DNA from: an uncultured virus (IMG/VR IMGVR_UViG_3300010391_000110)
Lineage: Duplodnaviria > Heunggongvirae > Uroviricota > Caudoviricetes
DNA: 64,000 nucleotides
IMG/VR virus record: IMGVR_UViG_3300010391_000110
Strand: one strand, 5' to 3'
Shown here one piece after another: positions 27,741-37,458 of this stretch; positions within the stretch are counted from its first letter, which is position 1, and each line of letters opens with the position of its first letter. The translations under genes were made by a program, and so were the position numbers. A model generated the notes under the pieces. That model was given only the letters and a program-made list of their open reading frames with translations, was not told the DNA's origin and searched no databases.

Positions 27741-28469
27741 ATGCTGCACCGGGCCAGGCTGTCCGATCCGACGCGACGCGCGGCTGCGGGGCGGGCGCTC
27801 TCCGAAGCGCCTCCCGGACCCAACGAGGTCCGGCGCACGGCGCTCCCGGACACCTTCGACGGAATCCGTTTCGAGGTGGGGCGGATGGCCAAGTACGTCC
27901 AGGATGCGCGCGGCGACGCGGTCGTGATCGACTGCGCCCGCCTGGCCGCCTCGCACTGGGCGAAAATGGTCGAGGAGATGTCGGCCCGGCAGGGCAACCG
28001 GGTGAGCGCGCACAATTCGAAGGCAATCGCGCTCGAGGGGATCGATCTCTGGTGCCGGGCGAACTTCTGCTACCAGAACGACGGCACGAACGTCGAGGTG
28101 ATCCAGACGCCCAGACGCATGGTCAACATGACGCGGGTGTCCAAGGACGTGCTCAAGCACTTCATGGAACCCTTCTACCGCGCGTTCGAAAAGAACGATC
28201 CGTCGTTCTACCGCGGCTCGTACTCCCCGCCTCCGCTCTTCATCGGCGACTGCGACGAGGCCGCGATCATCATCTGCTCCATGGCCGCCGCCCTCGACAT
28301 CACGCCGGTCGCCTTCCGGTTCGGCGGCGGGGGAGGAACGCTCCATCACGTCTGGGCCCGCGTCTTCGCCGACGGCGAGTGGTACGACTCGGACATCACG
28401 GAACCGGAGTTCCAGCTGGGGCAGACCTCCCCGTTCGACCATTACGAATCCTACGAGATCCCTCTATGA
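27741..28469 (+). CDS. Transglutaminase-like (papain-fold) protein
   Basis: GDCDE (Cys), HHVWARV (His), WYDSDIT (Asp) triad. Confidence 0.85.
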   Translation: MLHRARLSDPTRRAAAGRALSEAPPGPNEVRRTALPDTFDGIRFEVGRMAKYVQDARGDAVVIDCARLAASHWAKMVEEMSARQGNRVSAHNSKAIALEGIDLWCRANFCYQNDGTNVEVIQTPRRMVNMTRVSKDVLKHFMEPFYRAFEKNDPSFYRGSYSPPPLFIGDCDEAAIIICSMAAALDITPVAFRFGGGGGTLHHVWARVFADGEWYDSDITEPEFQLGQTSPFDHYESYEIPL

Positions 28470-29194
28470 CGCCGATCGTCGCGCATCGTCTCGGAGCCAT
28501 CGAACTGCTCGAGCTCGGGCGTTCGCGTTCCACGCCGACCCTCCGGCGCCCGTTCCTGGCGAACGGGCCCGCGCCGCGGCTCGCCGGCCCGTCCCTCGAC
28601 GGGCTCAACTTCGCGTCGATCGGCTCGTTCCTGACGGGGGCTTTCGAGTTCCTTTTCAAGACGCTGGCCGACGTGATCTCGGTCCCGCTCGATCTCCTGA
28701 GCAAGGGGACCGGCCTCCTCTTCGACGGCCTGGCGGGGATGCTCGTCAACGTGCCGATCATCGGGGTCCTGGCCTCCCAGGTCCTGCTCCTCACCAAGTC
28801 GCTTATCCAGTGGGGACTCTCGCTCCCGGGGCTCCTCCTCGACGGACTCGGAAACATCTTCGGCGAGATCAAGAAGGCGATCGACGCGACGCAAACTCCG
28901 GAAAAAAAGAAGGCCGACGAGACGAAGGCCAAGGGCGAGATCGCCAAGAAAGCCGAGGCCAAGGGCGGCACGGAGTTCAAGGACACCGTCATGCAGGCAA
29001 TCAACGGGGATCCGCCCAAGGATTCCTCGGGCAATCCCGTCTCGGGGACGCCCATCAAGCAGGACCAGAATCTGCCGCCCGGAGCCGACCAGGTCGGGAC
29101 GTCGACGGGGACCGCGGCCGGCCTCGAGAAGGCTGTGTCGATCGGACTTCCGGTTGCAGGTGCAGCAGTACTTGTTTTTTTGGCGGTCAGTTAG
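28466..29194 (+). CDS. Membrane protein with leader and C-terminal TM anchor
   Basis: ATGA overlap at 28466; ...PRLAG leader; amphipathic repeats; SIGLPVAGAAVLVFLAVS end. Confidence 0.7.
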   Translation: MTPIVAHRLGAIELLELGRSRSTPTLRRPFLANGPAPRLAGPSLDGLNFASIGSFLTGAFEFLFKTLADVISVPLDLLSKGTGLLFDGLAGMLVNVPIIGVLASQVLLLTKSLIQWGLSLPGLLLDGLGNIFGEIKKAIDATQTPEKKKADETKAKGEIAKKAEAKGGTEFKDTVMQAINGDPPKDSSGNPVSGTPIKQDQNLPPGADQVGTSTGTAAGLEKAVSIGLPVAGAAVLVFLAVS

Positions 29195-29250
29195 CATAAT
29201 CCGTGTGTACGGAGCCTGGTCTGTCGCCCGGCTCTCTGGAGGACTCCGAC

Positions 29251-29970
29251 ATGGCATGTGAGGAGAACGGCATGAAGAAGCCGCAGAAGGGCATGCCGGC
29301 CGAGCAGGGCAACGTCACGACAATCGACCTGGGCGAGAAAATGGACCAGGTGATCCGTGATGAGGCCGCGCGGCTGGCAGGCCGTCCCGGGACGCCGCAG
29401 TCCCGGATCTCGCGCTTCTCGGGCGGCTACCGCCCGGGGATGTACGGTGGCTACCGGCCCTGGTACGCCTCCCGGCTGCAGCAGGGGCAGGGACAGGGAC
29501 TGGGCGCCGGCGACTGGAAGCTCGGGTCGCTCATGAGGCTGCCCGACGGGATCCGCGAGAAGTCCAAGGAACTCTTCTCCGGCGGCCTGATCGGAACCGT
29601 GGGCAACCGGGTGATCGCGTGGGTCGCCCCGGACGTCCTGAAGACGACGAACGCGCTGGCCGTCGAGGGCGTGGCCTTCGGCGTGACGCTGCTTCCCTAC
29701 GTCTTCAAGCAGAACGTCATGACGCTCGGCATCGCGCTGCCGGGCTTCTTCTTCTTCCTGGGCGCGCTGACCGAGAGCCTGATCGGCTACACGAAGCTGC
29801 TCGGGCCCAAGCCCGCGCTCGAGGGGCGGCAGGCGCCGCAGGCCCAGGGCGCGCACGCCGACGCCGTCATGGCCGCTCGCCGGAAGCTCGCCGAGGCGCA
29901 GGTCCGGATGCAGCAGCAGCGGCAGCTGGCCGGGGCGCCCGTCATGGCCCGGCCCCGCGTGGCGTCGTAG
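29251..29970 (+). CDS. Multi-TM virion membrane protein candidate
   Basis: SD GGAGG; 2-3 hydrophobic segments; directly upstream of the candidate capsid genes. Confidence 0.65.
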   Translation: MACEENGMKKPQKGMPAEQGNVTTIDLGEKMDQVIRDEAARLAGRPGTPQSRISRFSGGYRPGMYGGYRPWYASRLQQGQGQGLGAGDWKLGSLMRLPDGIREKSKELFSGGLIGTVGNRVIAWVAPDVLKTTNALAVEGVAFGVTLLPYVFKQNVMTLGIALPGFFFFLGALTESLIGYTKLLGPKPALEGRQAPQAQGAHADAVMAARRKLAEAQVRMQQQRQLAGAPVMARPRVAS

Positions 29971-30120
29971 TTCTTTCCGTGGTGCAGTAGGCGGTGCGGT
30001 TCTCCGTGGTGAGGTCCGCGGCGCGGCGACAAGGAGCCGCGTCGCGAAGAGGTGCTGTCCGAGCGGTCGCAGTAGTACGTGTGCGTGACCTTTGACCTCT
30101 TTTTGACGGAGAACGTCGCA

Positions 30121-30840
30121 ATGCAAAACAACTATCGCTTCGTGGCGCCCGAATACGCGGCGCTGATCAACCCCACGGCCTGCTCCGCCTTCGCCATGCG
30201 GTGCGAGGGCCGCTCGGACATCAAGCAGCGCTCGAGCGTGTCCACCGGCACGGTCCTCGACGGCACGGCCCTGTCGGCCGAGATCGTCAACGAGACGACC
30301 GAGAACGCGGTCTGCGACGCCAAGATGTTCGTGACCCCGTTCGTCGAACTCTGGAACGACGTCAGCCTCGGCTACGGCTGCCGCTTCGTGACGGCCAAGC
30401 TCAACTTCTCGATCGACGGCGAGCCGGTCGTCCAGGACAGCGCGGTGAACAACCACCTGCTCTGCCCGGCGTGCCTGGTGGCCCGCCAGCCGACCGACGC
30501 CCTCACCGTGCTGATCGGCTGCGGCTGCGAGCTGGCCCTCCTCGGCATGTGCCAGATGTTCTTCTTGCCCAACGGCACGCGGATCCTGGCCACCCTCTCG
30601 GACATCCCGACGGGCGGCGGCGACCTGTGCCTGAACGGCGGCGTGATCCTGGTGAACTACACCACGAAGGTCAGGCAAGGCTGCCTCTTTTCGGTGGGAG
30701 CCTTGGACGCGAATGCTCAGGCTTTTGCCGTCCACTACCCCTGCAACTCCTCGTTCGCGGCCCCCGGCGGCGGCACCGAGTCGGTGCCCCTCTCCGGCCC
30801 GGCGGCCGGCCCGAGCTTCGGCCCGGCCAACGTCGGCTAG
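30121..30840 (+). CDS. Candidate major capsid protein (beta-rich, 12 Cys)
   Basis: Strongly C/G-ending codons, SD GGAG, flanked by strong hairpins, beta-strand-like pattern. The capsid assignment is an inference. Confidence 0.45.
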   Translation: MQNNYRFVAPEYAALINPTACSAFAMRCEGRSDIKQRSSVSTGTVLDGTALSAEIVNETTENAVCDAKMFVTPFVELWNDVSLGYGCRFVTAKLNFSIDGEPVVQDSAVNNHLLCPACLVARQPTDALTVLIGCGCELALLGMCQMFFLPNGTRILATLSDIPTGGGDLCLNGGVILVNYTTKVRQGCLFSVGALDANAQAFAVHYPCNSSFAAPGGGTESVPLSGPAAGPSFGPANVG

Positions 30841-30880
30841 GCCCTGCCCGGTTCCCTGACGGGAAGACGCTGAACCGGAC

Positions 30881-30908
30881 GGGTGGGGGCGCGAAAGCGC
30901 TCCCACCC
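30881..30908 (+). terminator. 12-bp GAAA-tetraloop hairpin after the candidate capsid gene
   Basis: GGGTGGGGGCGC-GAAA-GCGCTCCCACCC; no U-tract, so it may be a stability element. Confidence 0.45.
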
Positions 30909-30960
30909 TCCGGCCCCTTCCCCCAGTGGAGTTTCCGCAGCGGATTCCAGGAGGTGGTAG

Positions 30961-31644
30961 GTGCAGTCGTCGCGATTCACCCCCGCTGTCAACCCGCTGC
31001 GCGGCGGTGGCCCCCAACTCGGCACCCCGGCGGCAATGATGGCTGGAAAAGCCAACGACAAGCTCGGAGAATGGCTCGCCGAATGCCCCCAGATGAGCCT
31101 GGGCAGCTACATCCGGGCCTGCATGGGCAAAGGCGGATTCCCGGCGGCGCCTTGGGCGGATGGCGACCGTCCCACCACGGTGAGGGACCTGGTCTCGATC
31201 CTCTGCTACCTCGGAGAATTCGAACCCGCAGGCGCGAGCCGGCCAGGCGCCTGCAATCTCGTCACGGTCTTCGACAAGGGCATCGGACTTCCTCCGGCCA
31301 CGATCGGTCCCGACGGCAAGGTGATCCCGTCGACCGGAAAACTGATCAAGATCTGCGCTCCGGCGGACAAGTCTCTCGTCGTCCACAAGCTCCGGGGCCT
31401 GCCCGCGAACCTGACGGCGTCCGAGAGCGGATCGGTCTTCTCGAAAGTCATGCAGGTGATGGGGTTCTCGGAGGGCTTCTGCCCGCCCGGCGAACCCGGT
31501 GACGGGGGCGACATCGGCACTTTCCAGAACATCGAGCACGTGGTCCTCTGTCCGGGCGCCGGATTCGACCTTTACGCGCGGAACTACAGCCCCTTCTCCC
31601 CGGCGCTCTTTAGCGTGCATGCGGAGATGTGGGCGACGTGCTGA
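30961..31644 (+). CDS. Second Cys-rich beta protein, candidate capsid component
   Basis: SD AGGAGGT; similar size and composition to 30121..30840. Confidence 0.45.
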   Translation: MQSSRFTPAVNPLRGGGPQLGTPAAMMAGKANDKLGEWLAECPQMSLGSYIRACMGKGGFPAAPWADGDRPTTVRDLVSILCYLGEFEPAGASRPGACNLVTVFDKGIGLPPATIGPDGKVIPSTGKLIKICAPADKSLVVHKLRGLPANLTASESGSVFSKVMQVMGFSEGFCPPGEPGDGGDIGTFQNIEHVVLCPGAGFDLYARNYSPFSPALFSVHAEMWATC

Positions 31645-32204
31645 CCTTGAACGCCCCATCGCGCCGGCATGCCCACTGGATCGGCCAGGCCGTCCCGGAA
31701 ATCGAATCGGCGGTCGTCACGCTGGCCGGGGAGATCGCGCTTCACGCCAGCCACTTGGCCTCGGACCTCAAGGCCGTCTCGGAGGGGCGCCCCCAGGATG
31801 TTCCGGTGGCGGGCGTCATGTCCCGGGGGGACGTCCTCTGCGCCGTCGTGATGGCGGCCCAGGAGCTCGATGCGGCGACGCTTTCCGTCCTCGAGGCCCC
31901 TCTTGGGGTTTACCTTACGCCAGCGGCGGCCGCGTCCTTCGAGTCATCGCGGATCCTGCTCGGGGAGATCGCCGCGACCGCCCCGGCCTGCGGCCCTCTC
32001 CAGCCCGAGTCCAGGGCTGTCGCGGAGGACTATATCGAGACGCATCTCGGCGGGGTCTCCGAGACCATGCACGCCGCCGAGCGCCTGGTCGTACTTGAGG
32101 AGCAAGTCTACATCAACGTGTACGAGCCGAACGAGGTGAGCAGTCCGAACCTGTGGGCGGCCTGCGGGATCGCGGTCATTGCGCTTCTGATCGTCGCGGT
32201 GTAG
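31638..32204 (+). CDS. C-terminally TM-anchored protein
   Basis: Ends LWAACGIAVIALLIVAV; start uncertain (31629 or 31638). Confidence 0.6.
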   Translation: MLTLNAPSRRHAHWIGQAVPEIESAVVTLAGEIALHASHLASDLKAVSEGRPQDVPVAGVMSRGDVLCAVVMAAQELDAATLSVLEAPLGVYLTPAAAASFESSRILLGEIAATAPACGPLQPESRAVAEDYIETHLGGVSETMHAAERLVVLEEQVYINVYEPNEVSSPNLWAACGIAVIALLIVAV

Positions 32205-32221
32205 CCTGACGGGGAACTAGG

Positions 32222-33109
32222 ATGGCGGAACAAGATACGAGCGTTGCGAGCCGGCAGAAGGACGACGACCTTTTCCGGCATTCAGAACCCCTGGCCGACG
32301 GCGCGAGCGTCGCGCTCCCCGTCCGCCTGGTCTCCGGCTACGGCGCGATCAAGTTCCTCGGAATCTCGGACGAGAGCTTCCGGATCAGGGTCGAAGAGGC
32401 CTGCGTCCCGGGAGGGCCGTGGACGGAGACCCATCGGATCGATTCCGGGGTCAATCCCGCCGGGACCGATCAGATCGTCTGCCAGGCGATCTTCCCCTGC
32501 GGCTCGTACATGCGCGTCTTCATCGACAACATCGCGGGCGCCAACCAGACGCGCTTCGACCTCTGCGGCGCCGGGCACCCGATCGCCGGCGCTTCAGGCG
32601 ACTCGGGCGGCGGGGGCGGCGGCGGGTCGAACACGCTCAAGGACTGCGCGACCGACACCCAGGCCTCGGTCAAGGGCAACGGGATCCCGTATTCCGGCTC
32701 CCCGTGCGACGGCGGCCTCCAGATCTCCGGACGCGATTCGACCGTCGGCCCGAACGTCCAGCGCCACATCGCCGTCGACTCGATGGGACGGCTCATCGTG
32801 GTCGGATCGGATGTCCTCCCCGGGACCGTGATCGGCCCCACGCCGGCCGACACCGTGGTCGGGATCGGAGCGACGGTTCCGCTGCCGGCGATCCCGGTGA
32901 ACACCCGGCGCATGACCATCCAGAACACGGGACCGGCCCTGAGCTTCATCCGGCTCCGGGAGCTCGGCGGCCTTGCGGGCGCCGGCGAACTCCTCGGACG
33001 CTTCTCGTCCAGGATGTTCGGAGGCGCGGACGGCGCCATCGCCCCTCTTGAAGTCGAGGACGTATCCGGCGTCGCGACCACGGTGAACATCATGTTCGAA
33101 AGGGACTAG
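32222..33109 (+). CDS. Two-domain beta-rich virion protein candidate (vertex/penton-like)
   Basis: Poly-Gly linker between beta-rich domains; precedes the spike gene. Confidence 0.5.
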   Translation: MAEQDTSVASRQKDDDLFRHSEPLADGASVALPVRLVSGYGAIKFLGISDESFRIRVEEACVPGGPWTETHRIDSGVNPAGTDQIVCQAIFPCGSYMRVFIDNIAGANQTRFDLCGAGHPIAGASGDSGGGGGGGSNTLKDCATDTQASVKGNGIPYSGSPCDGGLQISGRDSTVGPNVQRHIAVDSMGRLIVVGSDVLPGTVIGPTPADTVVGIGATVPLPAIPVNTRRMTIQNTGPALSFIRLRELGGLAGAGELLGRFSSRMFGGADGAIAPLEVEDVSGVATTVNIMFERD

Positions 33110-33113
33110 GCCG

Positions 33114-34679
33114 ATGGTTGCGCCTACCACCATCGACTTCGTCCCGGGCCTCGACGACGTCGCGTCCGTAGACCGGATCCTACGCAGGAACATTCAGGTC
33201 CCGGTCAAGCTCGTCTCGGCCCCCTATCTCGCGACCGTCCTCGACTGGAACGTCTGCGGGGACGCGACGCTTGGGGCGTTCACGGTCAGCCTCCCGTCAG
33301 CCGTTGGCCTCGACGGGATGTGCTTCGAATTCAAGAAGATCGACGCCTCGGCATTCTTTGTGACGGTCGATCCGTTCGGCGCCCAGACGATCGACGGGGC
33401 CCTCACGGTCGACCTCAAAAAGCAGTACGACTGCGTCGTCATCCGCTCCGACGGGGCCAACTGGAAGAAGATCGCGGGCATCGGCAGCCAGATCGTCTTG
33501 GGCGGCGCGGGCTCCCTCTGGGGGAACACGATCTTCATCGACATCGTGAACGGGAACGACGCGACCGGAGTCCGTGGGGATTCGGCCTTCCCGTTCCTCA
33601 CGGTCGCGGCGGCGATCGCGGTCGCGCTGGCCGGGGACACGATCTTCGTCCGGCCGGGCGTCTATACCGTGGCGGCGTTCGCGCTGCCCGCCGATGTCGC
33701 GATCGTCGGGCTGGGCGGCCCCCAGTCGGTCGTCTTCACCGCGACCGTTGCGGCCAACACCACCCTCATCAACATGGCAAACGACGCCCGGATCCAGAAT
33801 GTGGAGATCCGGCTCCTGTCGGCGGATCACTTTACCCTCACGGCCGTTCGCTTCGCAGGCTCCCAGTCGGCTTCGGCGCAACTCGTCGACTGCGTCGTGG
33901 TGGTGGACAACGGATCTGCCGGAGGCGGCGGGAGTTCGGACCTCACCGGACTCGACCTTGGGGCGACGGGGAACACCCAGCACAACGAATGCGTCCAGAG
34001 GGTCCGTGTCTTCGTCCGGTCGACCGGTCAGGGGACGAAGCGCGGGATCCACGCCCAGGCGAGCGGCGAGGTCGCCGTCCGGGACATGGCCGTCCGCGTC
34101 GAAAAGCAGGGCGGAGGGACGGCCTCTTACCGCGGGGCGGAGACGACGGCTGCTTCCACGGTTCTCATCCTGAAGGGCGGAATCATCGACGCGACCGTGC
34201 AGGGCGGTAGCGCTTCAGTCCACGACGACATCCTTCAGTCGGCCGGGGTGATCCAGCTTGAGGACACGTCCCTCGTCAACAACGACGCGGGCGGCCTCGG
34301 CTTCATCTCGCCCTATTCGAGCTACGAGGAGACGTGGTTCTCCGAAGGTATCGTCAACGCGGCGGCCCGGTTCCTCTTCCCCGGAACCGCGATCCCTTCG
34401 GCAAATGAGATCTTCCGGGCGGTCATCCGGCCGACCCTCATCAAAGCCATGCGGGTCAGGGCGCGGGTGGCCTCGGGTGGCGGTAACTCCACGACATGGA
34501 CGCTACGCAAGAACGGCGCAGCGACCGGGATCACCGTCACGATCGCGGGAGGCACGACCGAGGCGACCATCACGACGGTCTCGGTCGCGTTCGCGATTGG
34601 CGACGACATCTCGATTCAGCAGACCCAGACGGGTGGCTCGGCCGCGACCGACATCGCGGTCTGTTTGGAGAATTACTAA
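33114..34679 (+). CDS. Spike / receptor-binding protein with beta-helix domain
   Basis: TVSLPSA...FKKID...QTIDG...SDGANW fibre module; NGNDATG...PFLTVAAAI...GDTIFVRPGVY beta-helix start. Confidence 0.75.
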   Translation: MVAPTTIDFVPGLDDVASVDRILRRNIQVPVKLVSAPYLATVLDWNVCGDATLGAFTVSLPSAVGLDGMCFEFKKIDASAFFVTVDPFGAQTIDGALTVDLKKQYDCVVIRSDGANWKKIAGIGSQIVLGGAGSLWGNTIFIDIVNGNDATGVRGDSAFPFLTVAAAIAVALAGDTIFVRPGVYTVAAFALPADVAIVGLGGPQSVVFTATVAANTTLINMANDARIQNVEIRLLSADHFTLTAVRFAGSQSASAQLVDCVVVVDNGSAGGGGSSDLTGLDLGATGNTQHNECVQRVRVFVRSTGQGTKRGIHAQASGEVAVRDMAVRVEKQGGGTASYRGAETTAASTVLILKGGIIDATVQGGSASVHDDILQSAGVIQLEDTSLVNNDAGGLGFISPYSSYEETWFSEGIVNAAARFLFPGTAIPSANEIFRAVIRPTLIKAMRVRARVASGGGNSTTWTLRKNGAATGITVTIAGGTTEATITTVSVAFAIGDDISIQQTQTGGSAATDIAVCLENY

Positions 34680-35245
34680 TGGCCGTAGGAGTTCCCGGAG
34701 CCCCGGGCACGGACATCGTGGTCAAGCGTGGGACCTCGTTCGTCGAGGTCCAATACAGCGTCTCCGCTGGCTCCTACGACCCTCTCGTCTGGCTCATCAA
34801 CCCGGATCTCACTCCGGTCGCCGGAGTCCCCAACTGGTACTGGAAAACCGTGGCCGACACCGTGGTCGAGCAGACCGTGGCGGAAAAGGCCGCGACCGAT
34901 GCCCAGATCGTGCTCGAGCACCGTTCGCCGATCATCGACTTCATTCCGTCTCGTCCCGTGAACGCGGCGATCCTCAAGAAGTTCCTCGTGAACGCGGGGT
35001 TTCCGGGCACGCTGGTCGTGACGCCGATCGTCGACCCGGTCGACCCGCTTCTTTCGAAAGCTGTCAAGATCGAGCTCCCGGCGGCTCCGAACTCGGAGCA
35101 GCTCGCGATGCTCTCGGTCTACATCGGGAACACCTACGTGAAGCCCCCGTCCTACGCGCAGCCGGTCGGCCGCTCTCCGGACGGGACGATCTGGAAGATG
35201 GCCGTGACCAACGGTGGCCTTCTCGATACGAGTGTGATCCCGTAG
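34679..35245 (+). CDS. Hypothetical spike-associated protein
   Basis: TAATG overlap at 34677-34681. Confidence 0.6.
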   Translation: MAVGVPGAPGTDIVVKRGTSFVEVQYSVSAGSYDPLVWLINPDLTPVAGVPNWYWKTVADTVVEQTVAEKAATDAQIVLEHRSPIIDFIPSRPVNAAILKKFLVNAGFPGTLVVTPIVDPVDPLLSKAVKIELPAAPNSEQLAMLSVYIGNTYVKPPSYAQPVGRSPDGTIWKMAVTNGGLLDTSVIP

Positions 35246-35283
35246 AGGTGGCTAACTAGTCGAAAGAGAAGGTGGCACCTTGA

Positions 35284-35463
35284 ATGGACGCAACGTGCTG
35301 GAAGATACTCGGCGGCACCGTGACCGCGATCCTCGCCCTCTCCGCCGTCATCAAGCTCCTGTGGGGTAAACTGGAGGTGGCCAGGGCGGAGATCGTCGAA
35401 CTGCACAAGCAGAAGGTCCGGGAACTCGAAGAATTCAAGAAAATGGTGGAGAAGAAGCCGTGA
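35284..35463 (+). CDS. Small TM + coiled-coil protein (holin-like; not in ORF track)
   Basis: MDATCWKILGGTVTAILALSAVIKLLWGKLEVARAEIVELHKQKVRELEEFKKMVEKKP; GTGA overlap. Confidence 0.6.
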   Translation: MDATCWKILGGTVTAILALSAVIKLLWGKLEVARAEIVELHKQKVRELEEFKKMVEKKP

Positions 35464-35902
35464 GCGTTTTGACGAAGAAGCAGATGCGCGAGGTGGAAGA
35501 GGAAGAGGCCAAGGCGCGCAGCCTCATCGCGGACATCGTCCCCCTCCTTCATGAACTTCCCAAGGACGCCATCCCCGAGGTGTCCCGGCATCTGGAGGAG
35601 GCGCTCAAGGAGGCCAAGAAGGCCACCGGGCGCACCGACCGTGACAAGGACGTGGTAACGCCGTGAAGATCGCGTACTGTGTGAAGTGCAACCCGGTCGC
35701 CGTCGTGGCGATCGGCGCGGTGCCCTCCGAGGTCGTCATCAGGGGGAAGAAGAAGGCGGTCAAGCCCCCGAGCCACGCGGTGAAGGGGGAAGTCCACGAG
35801 GCGAAGCTCGCCGAGGTCCCCGAGCTCCCGCGTCTCCTCGGAGAGGCGCTCGACGCCTACCTCAAGCGTGTCGTCGACGCGAACAAGGCAGTCCTGGTGT
35901 AG
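35460..35902 (+). other. Two small coupled CDS (35460..35666, 35663..35902)
   Basis: GTGA overlaps; the second begins YCVKC. Confidence 0.55.
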
Positions 35903-35914
35903 GAGGATCCTGGG

Positions 35915-36274
35915 ATGGAACACATCGACGCCAAGGTATTTGCGCTCATCACACTCGGCACGGCCGTCGCGGTGAGCATCCTGAAGTCGTTCCTGAAGCG
36001 ATTCGTGGACGGGAAGGAGGAGGCCTGGTCCCAGCTCCTTCCGATTGTCTTCACCGTGGCCGCGAAGTGCGGCGGCCTCTTCCAGTCGACGAGCTGGGTG
36101 GACGCGCTCCTCTTCGCGGTCGGCGGCGGCCTGGGCGCGAACATCATCCACGACAAGCTCGGAAGCATCCTCAAGATGGTCAAAGGCCTGCTGGGCGGCG
36201 GCGCCGGCCAGGGCAGTCCCGACGGGGCCGTGAAGCCGCCCGATCCTCCGGCTCCGGGGCCTCCTGCGCAATGA
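35915..36274 (+). CDS. Holin-like three-TM protein
   Basis: SD AGGAGG; three hydrophobic helices. Confidence 0.55.
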   Translation: MEHIDAKVFALITLGTAVAVSILKSFLKRFVDGKEEAWSQLLPIVFTVAAKCGGLFQSTSWVDALLFAVGGGLGANIIHDKLGSILKMVKGLLGGGAGQGSPDGAVKPPDPPAPGPPAQ

Positions 36275-36338
36275 CGGACATCCGGATTCCAGGTCCCGCC
36301 TCCAAGACGTGCCGTGCCGGGAGGGGGCACGTTTGAGC

Positions 36339-36368
36339 GTGACATCCTGGCCTCGTCCATCCTATAAT
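36339..36368 (+). promoter_or_regulatory. Putative sigma70 promoter GTGACA-N18-TATAAT
   Basis: Perfect -10 box in a GC-rich intergenic gap. Confidence 0.55.
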
Positions 36369-36400
36369 CCCATGGACTGGATCGGAAGACGGGAGGCGTC

Positions 36401-36649
36401 ATGCGCACGTTCCTGACGGCAGTGGTCCTGGCGCTGGCGACCGGCTGCTGTGCGACGGGCGCCCGCGAGTCGGCCTACCACGACGGCGTCAAGCAGTACG
36501 CCGTCGAAAGCGGCCTGCTCGACGAATACGAGAAGTACATCGACGCCGACCCGGTCCTGAAGCCCCAGACGAAGGTGATCCGGAAGGGCACCGTCAAGGG
36601 CTTCCGGGCGCTCATCACGGAAGAGGAAAAGTCCCTCAAGAAGGACTAG
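36401..36649 (+). CDS. Predicted lipoprotein
   Basis: MRTFLTAVVLALATGC signal peptide/lipobox. Confidence 0.65.
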   Translation: MRTFLTAVVLALATGCCATGARESAYHDGVKQYAVESGLLDEYEKYIDADPVLKPQTKVIRKGTVKGFRALITEEEKSLKKD

Positions 36650-36661
36650 AGGCAGAAGACC

Positions 36662-37015
36662 ATGCCCGACGCACCGGATCTCTCGGAGGAGGCGAAGAAG
36701 ATCGCCCAGGCGGCCTTCTCCGTGTTCAAGGACTCCCTGACCGGGTTCGTCGAGCGCCAGGACGTCGACGAGTTCGCCCGGGAGCGCGTCGAGCAGTACA
36801 CCCAGGAGTGGTGGGCCGCCAAGACCGCCACAACGGACGAGGACCGCGCCGAGCACGAGCAGAACCTCAAGCACCTCGTAGCCCAGGCCAGGGGCGAGGC
36901 CCGGCGGCTCCAGATTGCCATCTCCCAGGAGGCCGAGGACACCGTGGGCCGGGTCCTGGAAACCGTCGGCGGAATGATCCTGAAAGTGCTTCCGGCCGTC
37001 ATCGCCGCCTTGTAG
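36662..37015 (+). CDS. Helical protein with hydrophobic C-terminus
   Basis: 117-aa ORF. Confidence 0.6.
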   Translation: MPDAPDLSEEAKKIAQAAFSVFKDSLTGFVERQDVDEFARERVEQYTQEWWAAKTATTDEDRAEHEQNLKHLVAQARGEARRLQIAISQEAEDTVGRVLETVGGMILKVLPAVIAAL

Positions 37016-37025
37016 GAGAAGAGAC

Positions 37026-37448
37026 GTGAATCTTGGAGCCGTGAGACTCGCGTCGCCCGGCCTGCGGCAGGGCGTGCGCATGGGCCAGGCCAAATCCGCC
37101 CTGCTCGTGATGGTCACGCTCGACGGCGGGGCCGCCATGGACGTGCCTCTCGAGATCCTCTACTCGGACGGGTCGAACGTCCAGGGGAAGACGGGCGCCG
37201 CGGGCTTCTTCGAAGCCCCTTACGGCCCGACCCAGTACGGGCCGGCCATCGTCCGGATCTCGCCGCCCCCGGGTGTCGAGGACATCGGGGAAGGCACCGC
37301 GCAGCCGGCCGAACTCACCGCCGCCGGCGTCAAGGTCTCGTTCGCCCTCACGTCGCGTCCGGCCGCCGACAGCGCCAAGCGCCCAGACAGCACGACGGTC
37401 GCGCTCGTGACCGCCGCGCTCCTGGTGGCCGTGGGGATCAGCCTCTAG
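37026..37448 (+). CDS. Leader-bearing, C-terminally TM-anchored protein
   Basis: MNLGAVRLASPGLRQGVRMGQ...; TM end. Confidence 0.7.
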   Translation: MNLGAVRLASPGLRQGVRMGQAKSALLVMVTLDGGAAMDVPLEILYSDGSNVQGKTGAAGFFEAPYGPTQYGPAIVRISPPPGVEDIGEGTAQPAELTAAGVKVSFALTSRPAADSAKRPDSTTVALVTAALLVAVGISL

Positions 37449-37458
37449 GACCACGACG

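Noticed and set aside
31636..31650. C-terminal Cys-TGA (possible CU motif) in 30961..31644
   Set aside because: A second TGA follows two codons later, the next gene overlaps here, and no SECIS-like hairpin is evident.
25395..31659. Long minus-strand ORFs 25395..28442 and 29191..31659
   Set aside because: They are antisense shadows of well-supported plus-strand genes.
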